64,000 nt of DNA from Basidiobolus meristosporus CBS 931.73 (lineage: Eukaryota; Fungi; Basidiobolomycota): assembly GCA_002104905.1 (NCBI GenBank), contig MCFE01000236.1:56016-120015 (forward strand). The letters run 5' to 3'. The notes beneath the pieces were generated by a model. That model worked only from the letters and a program-made list of their open reading frames with translations, did not search any database and was not told the DNA's origin. Below, in pieces: positions 38,401-50,964 of the stretch; the first letter of the stretch is position 1; every line of letters starts with the position of its first letter. A program made the position numbers and the translations under genes.

Positions 38401-41400
38401 TGTGGTATAAGCAATTGGTTCAGCAACTTAAAGAATATTCCCGTAAGAAAGATTTATCTGGGAGATAACTCTGCATTGGAAGCTACCGCCAGTGGGTCTA
38501 TACAACTAAATATGAGTGATAACTCCGGGGCAACAACAGCAAAACTGACTGATGTACTCTATGTACCTGGAATAGCTAAGAACCTACTCTCAGTCAGTAA
38601 AGCAACTACTCAGGGACTGAAATTTGTTTTTACTAAGCTGAGCTGCTCAATATTGAGTGAAAATGGACAAAAATTAGCTTTGGGAATCAGAGATCACAGT
38701 ATTTACAAGTTACAGTGCAGGATCATTGTACCTGAGTATGTCAACATTGCTGAAACTGATGAAACCAACTGGGAAACGTGGCATAGGAGGCTAGGACACA
38801 TTGGGGAACAGAAAATGAGCCAATTAGTGAAAAATCAGCTTGTTATGGGCCTAAAATACTCAATTCCGATCAAATTGAATGTTTGTAAGGGATGTTCATA
38901 TGGCAAACAAGCTAGGCAACATTTCAAGAGCTCAGAAGGCATCAATACCACCAGAATATTGGCTATTGTACACTCAGACATATGTGGCCCCATGAGTACA
39001 CTTTTTTTTGGAGCCAAGAGATACTTTAAGACGTTTATCTATGACAAGACAAGATATACATGGGTGTGCTTCCTCAAAACAAAGGATTAAGCTTTAGAGA
39101 CGTTTAAGCACTTCAAGAACATGGCAGAAACACAAACTGGGTGTAAAGTGAAGGTACTACAAAGTGACAATGGAGGAGAATACTGCTCAAAGGAGTTTGC
39201 AAAATACTGCTTGTCTACTGGTATACTTCAACAGACTACAGTTCCTCATACTCCACAGCAAAATGGAGTAGCAGAACGTGCAAATAGAACAATAGCAGAG
39301 ATGGGAAGATCTATGCTACATGATAAGGGAATGGACTACAAGTTTTGGGCTGAATCTGTTGCTACCGCTGTATACATCAAGAACAGATGCCCAACAACAG
39401 CATTACGTGATTCTACACCCTTTGAAGCATATACAAGCAAAAAACCAGATCTCCAGCACCTCAAGATCTTTGGCAGTGATGTTTTTTATCACATCCCTGA
39501 CAAAAACGCTCAAAGTTGGAACCAAAGAATAAGAAAGGGATCTTTCTTGGGTATTATGAAGATACTAAAGTGTATAGAGTGTATGATGGCAAAATTCAGA
39601 AGCTGATCAAGAGCAGGGACATTGTATTTGAGGAGAATTCAGATCAGAAAGCCACAGATATCATTGGTCAGCTGCTTGATGATGCAATCAACACTAATGA
39701 AGAAGATACATACCAAATCCAGCCAGATATGGAAGATACTTCTACCAGCCCCAGATCAGAACATATTATCCCAGTTAGGAGACCTACTAGAATAAGAAAT
39801 GCCCCTGGATCCTGGTGGCAGACATCCAATGATCATGAAGAAGCTTATCTTACCTTATGTGCCAAACCTCAGAATCTAGAACAGGCAATGCAAAGTCCAG
39901 ATGCTACTAAGTGGCAACATACCATGCAGGAGGAGTACCAATCACTGATCAAGGCAAAAACGTGGGAACTGGTAGATTTACCAAATGGGAGAAAGCCAAT
40001 AGGATGTAGATGGGTCTACAAGATCATGATAACCTCAAACGGTGCCGTTGATCAGTACATGGCTAGGTTGGTAGCTAAAGGCTATTCCCAGATCCAGGGA
40101 CTAGACTTTAAGGAAACATTTGCTCCGGTTGCCAAGTTTAACTCTATTAGGACAGTTCTAGCCCTGGCAGCTGTACACAGTCTAGATCTACACCAAATGG
40201 ACGTCAAAACAGCCTTTCTAGATGGGGATTTGCAAGAAACTATATATATGGAGCAACCAGAAGGTTTTACCAATCCAAAAGGCGCCCATAAGGTGTGCAA
40301 TCTTAGAAAATTGTTGTATGGGCTTAAGCAGGCACCCAGAGCATGGTATAACAAGATTGATACATATCTAGAGGAAATTGGGTTCTCTTGTAGCACTGCA
40401 GATCACAGTATATATGTGAAACAGCTCAAAAAGGGCGTGATCATCCTAGTTCTTTATGTGGACAACCTAATTATAGCTACAAGTAACCAAGAGGCACTTA
40501 GACAGACAAAATCAGATCTCTTCAGCAAGTTTGAGATGAAAGATCTTGGAAAATTGAGGTCAAATTTGACATACCTACGCAGAAAATGGTGCTGAATCAG
40601 TCTAAGTACATCAGGGACATTCTTAGACGCTTCAAAATGGAAAATTGCCAACCTGCAGCAACCCCTATGGATAATAACCTGATATTATGCAAATCTCAGC
40701 CAGTTATAGATGAAAATGGCTCAAATATGGACCAAAACTTTCCCTATCAATCAATGGTTGGTAGCCAAATGTACTTGATGGTGTCTACATGTCCAGATAT
40801 TGCAGTGGCAGTTGGAATAGTCAGTCAATTCATGCAGAATTACGGATCAGATCAAATTGCAGCAGTTAAGCGGATTTTCAGATATCTACAAGGTACCATA
40901 AATATGGTACTGGAATACTCTGCAGCAGCTAATAGGCAAAAATTTGATGGTTATAGTGATTCAGATTGGGGTAGGGATCTGATTGACAGACGCTCTACCA
41001 CAGGCTATGTGTTTCTTTATACTGGTGCAGCTATTACTTGGAATTGCAAGAAATAACCAACTGTGGTACTATCTACAACTGATGACTAATATATGGCTGC
41101 ATGTCAAGCAACTAAGGAGGCAATATGGCTACAAAAATTATTCAAAGACTTGGGTTTTAATTCAGGTGAACCAACATGTATTTACAAGGATAATCAAGGC
41201 TGTATTTCATTAGCTAGAAATCCTACTAATTGTGCCAGAACTAAGCACATTGATATACAGCATCACTTTGTGAGGGAAGCAGTAGAAAATAACTTAGTGG
41301 AGTTAGTTTACTGCCCAACTGACAAAATGGTGGCAGACATATTGACCAAACCACTAGCTAGGCCACAGTTTGAGATCCTTAGAGAGAAATTGGGATTAAG

Positions 41401-42900
41401 AAATTATTTAGTTGAGGTGGAGTGTTGAAATATTGGACTATTTAGTATCATTCAGCAGCTAAAAATTTACTTAACAATTCTATACTAGTCTTAGTCACTG
41501 TAGCACTCATTTACTGCCTTAACTTTGCCACTTTCTCCAGATATATGATCTTATGATTATTCACCTATAGTCAGGATCAAATTAGCTCTATTACCAAACA
41601 TTATGTACTAACCCTGAAGCTTTTACAGAATGCTCCTGAATATTGAAAAACCCTCCCTACTTAGTGTTACAGCTGTATTACTTCTACAAAGGTATAAATT
41701 CTGAGCTTCTTTATGAATAAACAACAGTTCAACTATCATCACTATTTCTTGATAAGTTCCCTTTATCCAAATCACTTCTCAAATTGCAGCATATGCAACT
41801 ATACAAATGCAATGACTGGATGAACTAGATATGTATTTATTCAAGTGGCATTGTGAAGCCATTCCTACCAAGAGTACATTGGAAGCATTGGGAGTCATTT
41901 GTGGAAATTATAGGAATATTTATCCAGAAGTGGATCACCAATGTCAACTTGATGCATCCAGAGCTGTTATACAAGAAGTTTGTAACAGATCTGTGCAACT
42001 ATACTACAAGCATAAAGCTGAACTCATAGATCTCTGCCATTACTGTAGCTATTCTCCACTCCATCTTGCATAGTGTGTGGAGAATATTGGGCTTTGCTTC
42101 ACATTTTGGCAGTTTCCTATGGAGCAGATGTATGGGGAGATAGGAAGACAAGTCAAGTCACAGGTAATACCATATCCCAATCTCATCAGGAATATTATCT
42201 TCAGGCCTGTCATGGATGTGATGAGTTGGCACATGGAGGGCAGCCAGGAAGAGTTGGAAAATACTGAGGACAAATCTGTATATGGAGACACCTATGCCCA
42301 TGAAATTAAGAAGCTAAGCAGCCCTAATGCGTGGGTATTCAGTTTTGTGATGCAAACTTGGGCTGGGTGCAACAAGCAACTAATTTTTATTAGGAAAGCT
42401 CTACCAAGGTATGCCAGATTTCTCTTGGTCTCAGGCAAACTTCTAAGCCTTTCAATACAGAATTCACACAAACAAGAGCCTGAGCGCACATATTAGGGGG
42501 GCTGGAGTCCAGCAGGGAGAAGGAATATATTGGCTAGATACCAAGGAGTTCTTTGTAGATATTCAGGAGGTATTCATTGCAGAAGTGCAAAAACCCAGCA
42601 TTTGTTTGCAAGAAGTGCATGTTACCAGCAGTACAAGGTATATGGCAACTTTGCTAGTATCTCACTAAGAAGCCATAAAGTTGAGGAGATAGAAGTATGC
42701 CAATTGCAGCAGGTGCGCACATTTCTAGAGGTTAGTAAGCAGGAGGCCAAATTTTTTTCAGTTTGAACTATATGTGGAATACCCAAGGTAGTAGTGGGTA
42801 GGCAAATAAAGAGGGGTGATTCTACAGTGGAATATATGAATTGCACATGGGGAGGTAGAGAAAAGATATACTATTTGGTAAATTGATATAATAGCTTTAT
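35443..42900 (+). pseudogene. CACTA transposase, copy 2 (start codon ATG>ATA), split by copia-2; 3' end approximate
   Basis: Same motifs as copy 1. The reading HMHM/QLYKC is restored by removing 37126-41796. Confidence 0.82.
37126..41791 (+). mobile_element. Ty1/copia family 2, full-length and defective; LTRs 37126-37494 and 41423-41791, TSD TATGC
   Basis: 369-bp TG...CA LTRs, PBS GGTTACGAGCCC, PPT GTTGAGGTGGAG. Gag CCHC, protease WYIDSGASQH, integrase HSDICGP/SDNGGEY/GVAERANRT, RT, RNase H. Several stops and frameshifts. Confidence 0.95.
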
Positions 42901-43277
42901 ATAGAACCAGCTGTAGGCTGGCATACTGCAGATATAATACCATCAGAGTCATGCTCAGAGCTTGTTACTATATCACCAGTTTTGTTGCCATATAAGGCAA
43001 TTAGATGTTCTGGCTGATTGGATCCATTTACAATAGTTGTAGAGTGCAAAAGACCGCAACAATACCATGCAATTATTGTCACAGCACCAATTAAACACCA
43101 ACAAGTTTTATCACCTTATTTGGTAGTAATATTAGCAAAGCATTGTTGTGATCCCATCATAAGATTGTTAAGTGGGTCACTAATTCCAAGCTGCTGGTAT
43201 TATGACACTCTCTTAACATGATCTTGACAGCTGATCTGGATTGGATCCACCTGCAGGACCATATTATTCCCATAGGG

Positions 43278-43924
43278 GATAGTGGGGTTTTTGTGCTTCT
43301 GGACAAAGGACTGGTCAATCAAACAGGAAGAAGCATCAGAATCCACAAGGTCAAGGACATGGACAGGACTGAATTTCAGGGATATGAATGTTGACAGGCA
43401 TTCTTAAGTACTGGATGGACTCTGTAGCATATGATGTTTCTTGAATGTGTTGAATTTTCATTTGAGGGTCCAGTTACAAGCCTGTCATTGGAACTGGACA
43501 CTGGAGTTTCCCAACAATTCTGGAGAAGGCTATTCACTGGATGATTGCAGGAGTCTGAAGCTGGACTTCTTGTTGGGACAAGACTTGGCAAAGTGGCCTG
43601 GTTGGCTACAGTTAAGGCAGAGGTTTGCCTCTTGAAGTCTGGATCTTTCATCTTTTGTAAGTTTATTGTGTTTGGCACTGTCAATTTGCATATGATCATA
43701 TTGTACTGGGTGACAGGATTACTGAGAAGGAGGTTGGATGATAAGTATGTTGGAACTTTTGCTTCTTCTGGAAAAGGCAATTGTCATATCTGATTGCTTG
43801 ATGTATAGCTTCACCCTAGGTGATTGGGTCAGGGAGTGTGAGTAGTAGGTCACTGACTTCATCATTGAGTCCATCTTGAAACTGACTAATTAGAGCAGCA
43901 TCACCCCTAAGGCTCAAGTCACTA
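43278..43924 (-). mobile_element. Ty3/gypsy fragment (gag C-terminus and protease)
   Basis: DGLNDEV, zinc-knuckle remnant ANLCFNCSQPGHFAKSCP and a LVDSDASSC protease remnant. Homologous to 56125-57057. Confidence 0.75.
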
Positions 43925-44106
43925 GACTTGTTCTATTGGATAGTGCCTCATAGTGCCAGCCTTTTTATAGTGTCAGATTGATCCGGCACTCTATGGCACC
44001 ATCTGGCACTATAATCTAAACCATAATGCCAGTGGTAGGAAACAGTTACTGGTAATTTTACTCCATCTTACTTATGTTACTCAGAGTAGTACTTTCTTTG
44101 CTTTAT

Positions 44107-44990
44107 TTACTTGTCATAATGCTCCAGACACATTTCTCTCAGTGGATATCTTCTTGTATGAATATACTGTGCATTGCTAAGTATCTTAACAATTTTAACT
44201 ATTCTGCTGTTTTCTTCTATAAATAATCATCCTCTGTATTTACCTGCCAATATGCTGAATCTCTTTAGATATCCAAATGTATGCTCTACCCTCACTCTGA
44301 AATGATTTAATATCTCATTGTAGAGCTTCTGCTTCCTGATAAGCACACCATTCCTTGGCTTCTTTTAAGCTGTAATACATCCTAATCTCTGACAATCCTC
44401 TCTTATAAAAGCTAAGTCTGCCATACATTTCTCCCCTCTACTGAATTCTGGATGATTCTCTACCTAGAGTGCTTTGCCATGCCTACTTCCAGCAAATGGC
44501 CCACTAAACCAGATGATGGTACCCCCAATGTCACACAGTGCTTGAAACTTCACACAGTGTGCCTTGTACATGCCAGAATAAAAGTGCCTCTGACCTCTAG
44601 AAGATCAGTTAATCCTGACTGGGAAGGTATCCAAAGTTCTCTTTATATGGAACCTGTTGCTGCACACTGTGGGATATGCAAATCTATTGGAGCTTCTGAG
44701 CCTAGTACTCCAAGCTTGCTCCACATCACTCATACACTCTGCAAGGTAGTTCTCCATTTCTGTCAGTTGGGAATGAAAGCTTCTAGAACTTTTGTTGCCA
44801 TGGATGGTGGGATGAAACCTTGTAGGGCATAGTTCTTGTAATAGCAGAGAAACTTCACAGGGGATCTCCTTGAGTAGATTGGGGAAGATGGTCCATAATA
44901 CTTTGTATAGATCTCCTCTGGTGTGTCAAAAGGATATCCTGTAGTGGTGATGGGATTGATGAGAAAAAACCATGCAGGTGAGTAAGACAT
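44107..44990 (-). pseudogene. DDE_Tnp_4-like transposase remnant, one frameshift and several stops
   Basis: Manual translation: LDTFPV, FYSGMYKAHCVKFQ..DIGG, GPFAGSRH, MADLAF, KKP...L...N, RVRVEHTFGYLKRFSIL. Confidence 0.8.
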
Positions 44991-45252
44991 ATTAAAATTG
45001 GTAGATGATCAGGCTGAGGCAATTTGAATCAATTTGGGGTGATCAGCTGGATTTATCTAATTTTCCATGCATTATGATTAAATCTCCATCAATTTCCATG
45101 TAACCCATCATTATGTTGCAAAAATCATCCTCAAACAATGACTTGGTACTTTTATTGATGTGTTACTCACAAGTCTATAATCAAATAGGAAATCTGCAAT
45201 TGATGTGATTTGATCTATGTCAATGCAATCTAAGATGCATCATGCATAATAT

Positions 45253-45983
45253 ATGAGAAATTCAACAATCACATTAGTTTTCATATATACTTCATATAAG
45301 ACCAGGTTGATGCCAATACACTACTGTATAAGTATCCAAATCCGTCACTATGGTCCCTATACCAAGTCTCAATTCATCTTTAGTACACCCACACAAAACC
45401 CATCCCCCAGCTCACAAGTATGGACCAGACTGGAAAAGTTGATGTTGGATCTGTCTGAGTTCTCACCAAATGATTTCAGTATGGCCCAAGTGTCTATAAT
45501 GAGCCTTCATACAGATATTTGGGCACTACTCATTAATCTAGTAGAGCTAGATACCTTGGAGAGTTGGCAGGGATGGAAGAACCTGAGTAGAAAGCTGTGG
45601 GATGAGTTCTACATCAAGATGCTAGCAGATATATGTAAGGAGATATATAACCAGACAAGTATTGAAATCAAGAATGAGCTGAGGGTGAGGGCATTTGATG
45701 AGGAAGCCGCGCAGGTACAATTTTGTGGTCAGTTTGTTTAGTACAAGCCAGATGTATCTATTTTTGCCTTGACTTTGGGAACCAAAGAAATTCTGAATGA
45801 GTTTTTGCCTCAAATAACTAATGTATTACGTGATATATCAGTAGAGCTAAGTGGCTTCCAAGAGCAATGTACAAAGGACTCATCCAGGCAACAGTTCCCA
45901 AGTATCAGACAGAGGGTAAGTGAATCCCATTAGGAATCAGAAGGTGATCTTCAAGAGGAAGAATACAGACCGCAAGCAACAGC
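45253..45983 (+). pseudogene. Putative second ORF of the PHIS-like element; start uncertain
   Basis: Track ORF 45253..45741 continues in frame past a TAG until the CACTA end at 45984. No domain recognised. Confidence 0.4.
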
Positions 45984-46226
45984 CCCTATGAAAAATAATT
46001 TGGTCCTGTGGGTGGATCCAATCCAGATCATCCATCATGACCCTATTTAGAGACCATCATAATAACAGCTGCTTGGAATTAGTGACCCTCCTTGGAATCT
46101 TGTAACAAGATCAGGACAGTGTTTTCCAAATTTTACAGCCAAATAAAGGGATAAAACTTGACAATTTTTGATTGGTGCTGTGACAATATTTGCATAGTGT
46201 TGTTGCGGTCTTTTAGCGCTCCATTA

Positions 46227-49200
46227 CTATTTTAGGTGGATCTAGTTGGCCAGGACTTCCAATTGCCTTATATGGCAAGACACTTGACAGTATTTTGATG
46301 GCCTCACAGCAAGACTCTGATGGCATTTTTTTGGCAGTATGACCGCCTACCGCTGGTGCTATATAATGCTACCGTGCCAATTTACCAAATGGTAATTCCC
46401 TTTTCTACCTCCTCTTGTGCAATTCATATATACCACTGTAGAACCACCTTTCTTTATTTGCTTACCCACTACTACCCTGGGTATTCCAAATATAGTTCAA
46501 ATCAAAAAAACTATGGCCTCCTGATTACTTACCTCTACAAACACGCATACCTGCTGTAATTGACATACTTCTATCACCTCAACTTTACAGCTTTTTAGTG
46601 TGATACTTGCAAAGTTGCCATATACCTTGTACTGCTGGTAGCATATACATCTTGCAAACATATGCTTGGTTGTGCCACTCCTGCCATGAATACCTCCTGA
46701 TATAGGCAAAAAACCTCTTGGTATTTAGCCAATATATTCCTTCTCCTTGCTGGATTCAAGTCCCCCTTGTAGGTGCGCTCTAGCTTTTGTTTGTGTGAAT
46801 TCTATACTGAATGGTGTAGAAGTTGGCTTGTGACCATAAGAAATCTGGCGTATCTTGGTCAAGTTTTCCTGATAAAATTTAGTTGCATGTTGCACCAAAC
46901 CCAACTTTGCATTACTTAGCTGATTACCCACACATTGGGTCTGCATAGCTTCTTAATGCCATAGGCATAGGTGTCTCCATGTGCACATTTATCCTCAGTA
47001 TTTTCCAACTCTTTCTGACTGTCCTCCATGTCCCAGCTCATCACATCCATGATGGACTTGAAGGTAATATTCTTGATGAGATTGGGATATGGTAGTACCT
47101 GCAACTGGACTTGTCTTCCTATCTCCCCACACATCTGCTCCATAGTAAACTCACAAAAGGTGAAGCAAGGCCCAATATTCTCCACACACTGTGCAAGATG
47201 GAGTAGAGAATGGCTACAGTAATGGCAGTGATATACATGTCCAGCTTTATGTGTGTAGTATAGCCACTCAAATTTGGTCACAAACTCCTCATATAACAGC
47301 TGTAGAGGCTTCAGTTGGCATTAGTGATCCACTTCTGGATAAATATTCTTACAATGTCAACATATGACTCCCAATGCTTCCAATGTACTCTTGGTAGGAA
47401 TGACATCATAACACCACTTGAGTAAGCACATATCCAGTCATCCAGTCTTTGCATTTGTAATGTTGCATATGAGTATGAATATTGATTGGAGCTCATGAGA
47501 AGTACTTAGGGTAGCAGATACTCTGTAATATCTTGCCAATTTTTCAAACTTCTCCAGTATCTTGAAGGGCTCATTTAGCTTGAAATGCCCCATGTGCAAC
47601 TTGGTCATCAGTATAGGGCTACTGTTGAAAAGCCAATGCATTGCTCCCAGTGGAAAGCTTTTGCTCCAGCAGATACCCTCTATCTTAAGTATCTCCAGTT
47701 TCTGATTGATTTCATATTCCGGCCAATGGCTTATAGCTAACCAACTTTGCTGCAATTGCATGCTTACTTCTGTATGTTCTCTCTGTGGAAAGATGATCTT
47801 CTTAGTGCTGGTGTTTGGGTAATATTAATGTGTGTGAGTTATGGAGTAACTCCCCTGGATTCTCACACATTGGACAGCAATATGGTCCATTGTGCCCAGA
47901 AAAACCTGCTATCTTGCTGATGGCTGGGGTATCTCCAATGCAGTTAATAATATGCACTTTTACATGATGGCCATTTGCAGTTATCCTGCTGGAAAGCATA
48001 CATAATTCATTCAGCAATGAATACAGGTAGCTATCCAGGTTGGACAGTGATTTAGGCCCAGATACCAGTGAGACTACCATCATATTATTGCTCTGATACC
48101 ATAAGATTGGTGGCAGACTCCAATTGATGAGAGTCAGTGGCCAGCAGAATTTGCTGGTAGAGTACTTGTTTAATGAGAATCCATCAAGTGCTAGAGCAAA
48201 GACATGATCATACATACCTTCAAAGTAGCCCTTGGTTCTTAGCTCTTTGTAATGTTTGCCATTGAAGATATTGAATATGTTTGCACTTGATTGATACTGA
48301 ATACAGTACTGTATAGCTTTGCAATAATTGTTGGACTGCATCAGCTTCCTTAGACAGGTATGATCAGAATATATCCGGATTGTGAACAATGTTTTCCCTC
48401 AATGGTGGTAGATTCCTGACAATTTGGGCATGTTGCAATGGTAGCATTTTTAGATGTGAATGCCATACAACTGTTAACACATGCTGGAATCAGGACAGTC
48501 TCTGGATCATATGTTGCCACCTACATGGCGCTTGTCCACTTGTACTATGCACATGGTAAGTTGCATCCTGGTATAGTTTTAACAAGAAGTAGTAATAAAT
48601 CCTCAAAGCTCCCATTACTGATATTAGTGGAAATGCGCCACTTCTCTAGCCACAACATCATATTATTCACCAGTAGATGGATTACTGGGCTCACTGGGCT
48701 CCATAAAGAATCCTTGGCATTTGGTTTAACAGGTATTGTCTCATTGCATATTGGGATTTGATTGGGCTCATGAGTTGACTATTGTTGGGGGAGATAGGCT
48801 CACAATCCATTCAAGAGCCTTTTTTGTCAGTGCTATAGCTCTGTATGCCATATCCAGAAGGCTGAGGTGAGCCTAAATGCAACACAAACTCAACTGATGC
48901 AGTTTGCGTAATGTGACAAAAGAAAAAAGGATGGTAATTTTAAGAATATAGACGTGAGGGTAAAGTGTAATAAGAAAATGTGGTAAAACTAGAAAAAAAT
49001 AGGCTGATAAAAATATGGTAAAAAATTCTAAATCCTAACTTGAAGTAAATACTAAAAATAGCCGGTAAGAGTAGGGAATAAGGGAGGGTGAATAGGGAGG
49101 TAAATTCCCTAAGTTTGCGCAATGTGACAAAGACAGCTAGGTGCTAATATAGATGTATCAACTGGCCAGCAAGATAATGTTGGTACAGTAGTGACCAATG

Positions 49201-49356
49201 AATGATCAGGTATAACTCGGGTGGCAAACTCTGGATGTAATTCTTGTAATACCTCCTATGCTGTCTGCATGCTTCCTGGCTGAGAGGCTTGCCACATTAG
49301 CCACATGGGCTTTTTTCTCTTCTCTCACAGCACTGAGCCAAAGTAGTCTTGTCCAT
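46227..49356 (-). pseudogene. CACTA transposase, copy 3
   Basis: LALDGF, CWP, IGDTPAI, GHNGPYCC, HSLLHLA and MEQMCG motifs in track ORFs 47802..48389 and 46916..47281. Confidence 0.82.
48901..49131. repeat. 191-bp purine-rich insertion between 20-bp direct repeats
   Basis: AGTTTGCGTAATGTGACAAA (48901-48920) and AGTTTGCGCAATGTGACAAA (49112-49131). The motif occurs once in copies 1 and 2. Confidence 0.75.
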
Positions 49357-49578
49357 GGGACAAACAGTTTGACCTTCAATAATGTAATGCTATTATATCA
49401 CTTTTTGGTCAATACTCTGGTGAACTTAAGACACTTGTGTATTTGAGACATTGCACCTGCATCAATGTAAGATTCAATCATGACCTGCCATAGTAAGCAT
49501 TATAAACAAAGTTGTGTCACCAGATACACACATATATATAGCACTATTTCCCCTTTGGTTTGACTTGCTTCCATAAAA

Positions 49579-50541
49579 ATGCTGCCAAAAAGTAAAGTAA
49601 AGTTGTCTGGTTCCCAACCAAACTGCACCAATGATTGCAACTGAAGAATAGTTGGACAACAGCTTGCTTTGACAATCAGTGCAACAAGCAGGGCTTTATC
49701 CAAAAAAGGCCCTATGGAGAGTGTGCCCATTGATGGTAATAATGCAGACTCCTCAGGCTCTTGATCAAGTAGGTAATTGAGAACCTTGGTGGAGCCATAA
49801 GCTGACCATTATGCTCAGGCAGATGAGAACGTAGCAAATGCAGTACCTTCAGTTGAAGACCAGCAAGTGGCTATAATAACATCACCACCACCCATATTAG
49901 CAAATATGTTGTCAGCCTATACCAAATCAACAATGAAGCAATTAGGTGCAGTGGCTGATAGGATAGATGCAATGGCCCTGGGAAATCAGGAAATAGTTCA
50001 GCAATAGGATGAGCCCATAATATGTGTGGAGCAATCAATATGCCAGGTAGAAAAAGCAGTATCTTTGCTGCAAAGAAGGAACTCAAGTATCTCAATGTCA
50101 CAGCCAAGAGTTGAGTCATTTTTCAATATAATAGCAGAGAAACACAGTACAGTCTTTGAGGCACCACAACAGTACCCAAAGATAAAGCCCACAGAAAAAC
50201 CTATCATGGAGCAAGCACTTCTTCTAAAGCAGTACGCAAAGAACTCACTAGAATATTGCAAGGATATATTGAAAAGATTGGCAGATAGAGTACTAGATGT
50301 TGCAGTCCTGGCTCATGACCAGAATGTTGGGGAACCAGTGAATGAACAATACCATAAAGCAATGGAATACTATAATATAATGGAAAAAGGATTAAAAATA
50401 CAAACACTTACTGAATGGTGGAGTTTTATGGAGTTACTTGTTGAGTGTGGGGTTGGAGTTAATGTTAGTGTAGGGTATAGGGACTTGTATAGGTCAATAC
50501 AATTGGGAATTGAGGTACAACTGAAGTTTCAATTGAAATAG
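49579..50541 (+). pseudogene. ORF-B, copy 3, with a large internal deletion
   Basis: MLPKSKVKLSG start. PKIKPTEKPI is joined directly to the C-terminal block EQALLLKQYAKNSLEYC. Confidence 0.72.
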
Positions 50542-50828
50542 ATTAATTTGTATGTATGAAAAGTAAGAGAAACGGTTGAGTCAGGAAGTAAGGAGTGTGA
50601 AAAAGAGGCAATAGCTAATCAATGCACACAAACGCAGGAGGCAATGGCATGTCTGGGATCAGAAAGTACGGGAATTGGCAGGGAACCAATCAAAAGCCAC
50701 TGATACATAGTTGTGATGAAAAATTTTGACTAAGTTTTTTGTGAAATCTGGGGTGCATTAGGAAATGGCTTGATTTTTGGCTGTGACCATGAGCTACACA
50801 AGCTCCCCCTTTACAACCTGGCTACTGT

Positions 50829-50964
50829 CCCTACAAACAATATTTATGCTGATCCAGTCAAAAGGCCATCACAAAATTAAAATTCCCTGACTAAGAGGTG
50901 CCAATATCATTAGGACACTGTGCAAGGCCTCACCAGCAAGAATAGTACCCAGGATTTCACAATA
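50829..50964 (+). mobile_element. CACTA-like left-end fragment with CCCTACA terminus
   Basis: CCCTACAAACAAT...CAAAAGGCCATCACAAAATTAAAATTCCCTGACTAAGAGG matches the other left ends. Confidence 0.65.

Larger units (their letters stand above)
32911..43277 (+). mobile_element. CACTA/CMC-like transposon, copy 2, carrying the copia-2 insertion
   Basis: Left end CACTATGAAAATTATTG and right end ...ATTCCCATAGGG. Same ORF layout as copy 1. The two flanks are unrelated, so the copy is rearranged. Confidence 0.85.
43925..45983 (-). mobile_element. PIF/Harbinger-ISL2EU (PHIS)-like DNA transposon remnant with one TIR
   Basis: Starts TA|GACTTGTTCTATTGG with GGCACTAT/ATAGTGCC subterminal repeats. Carries a DDE transposase remnant and a divergent second ORF. 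Cut by CACTA copy 3. Confidence 0.72.
45984..50760 (-). mobile_element. CACTA/CMC-like transposon, copy 3, inverted, left terminus missing
   Basis: CCCTATGAAAAATAATTTGGTCC end at 45984. Transposase on the minus strand, ORF-B on the plus strand. Confidence 0.85.
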
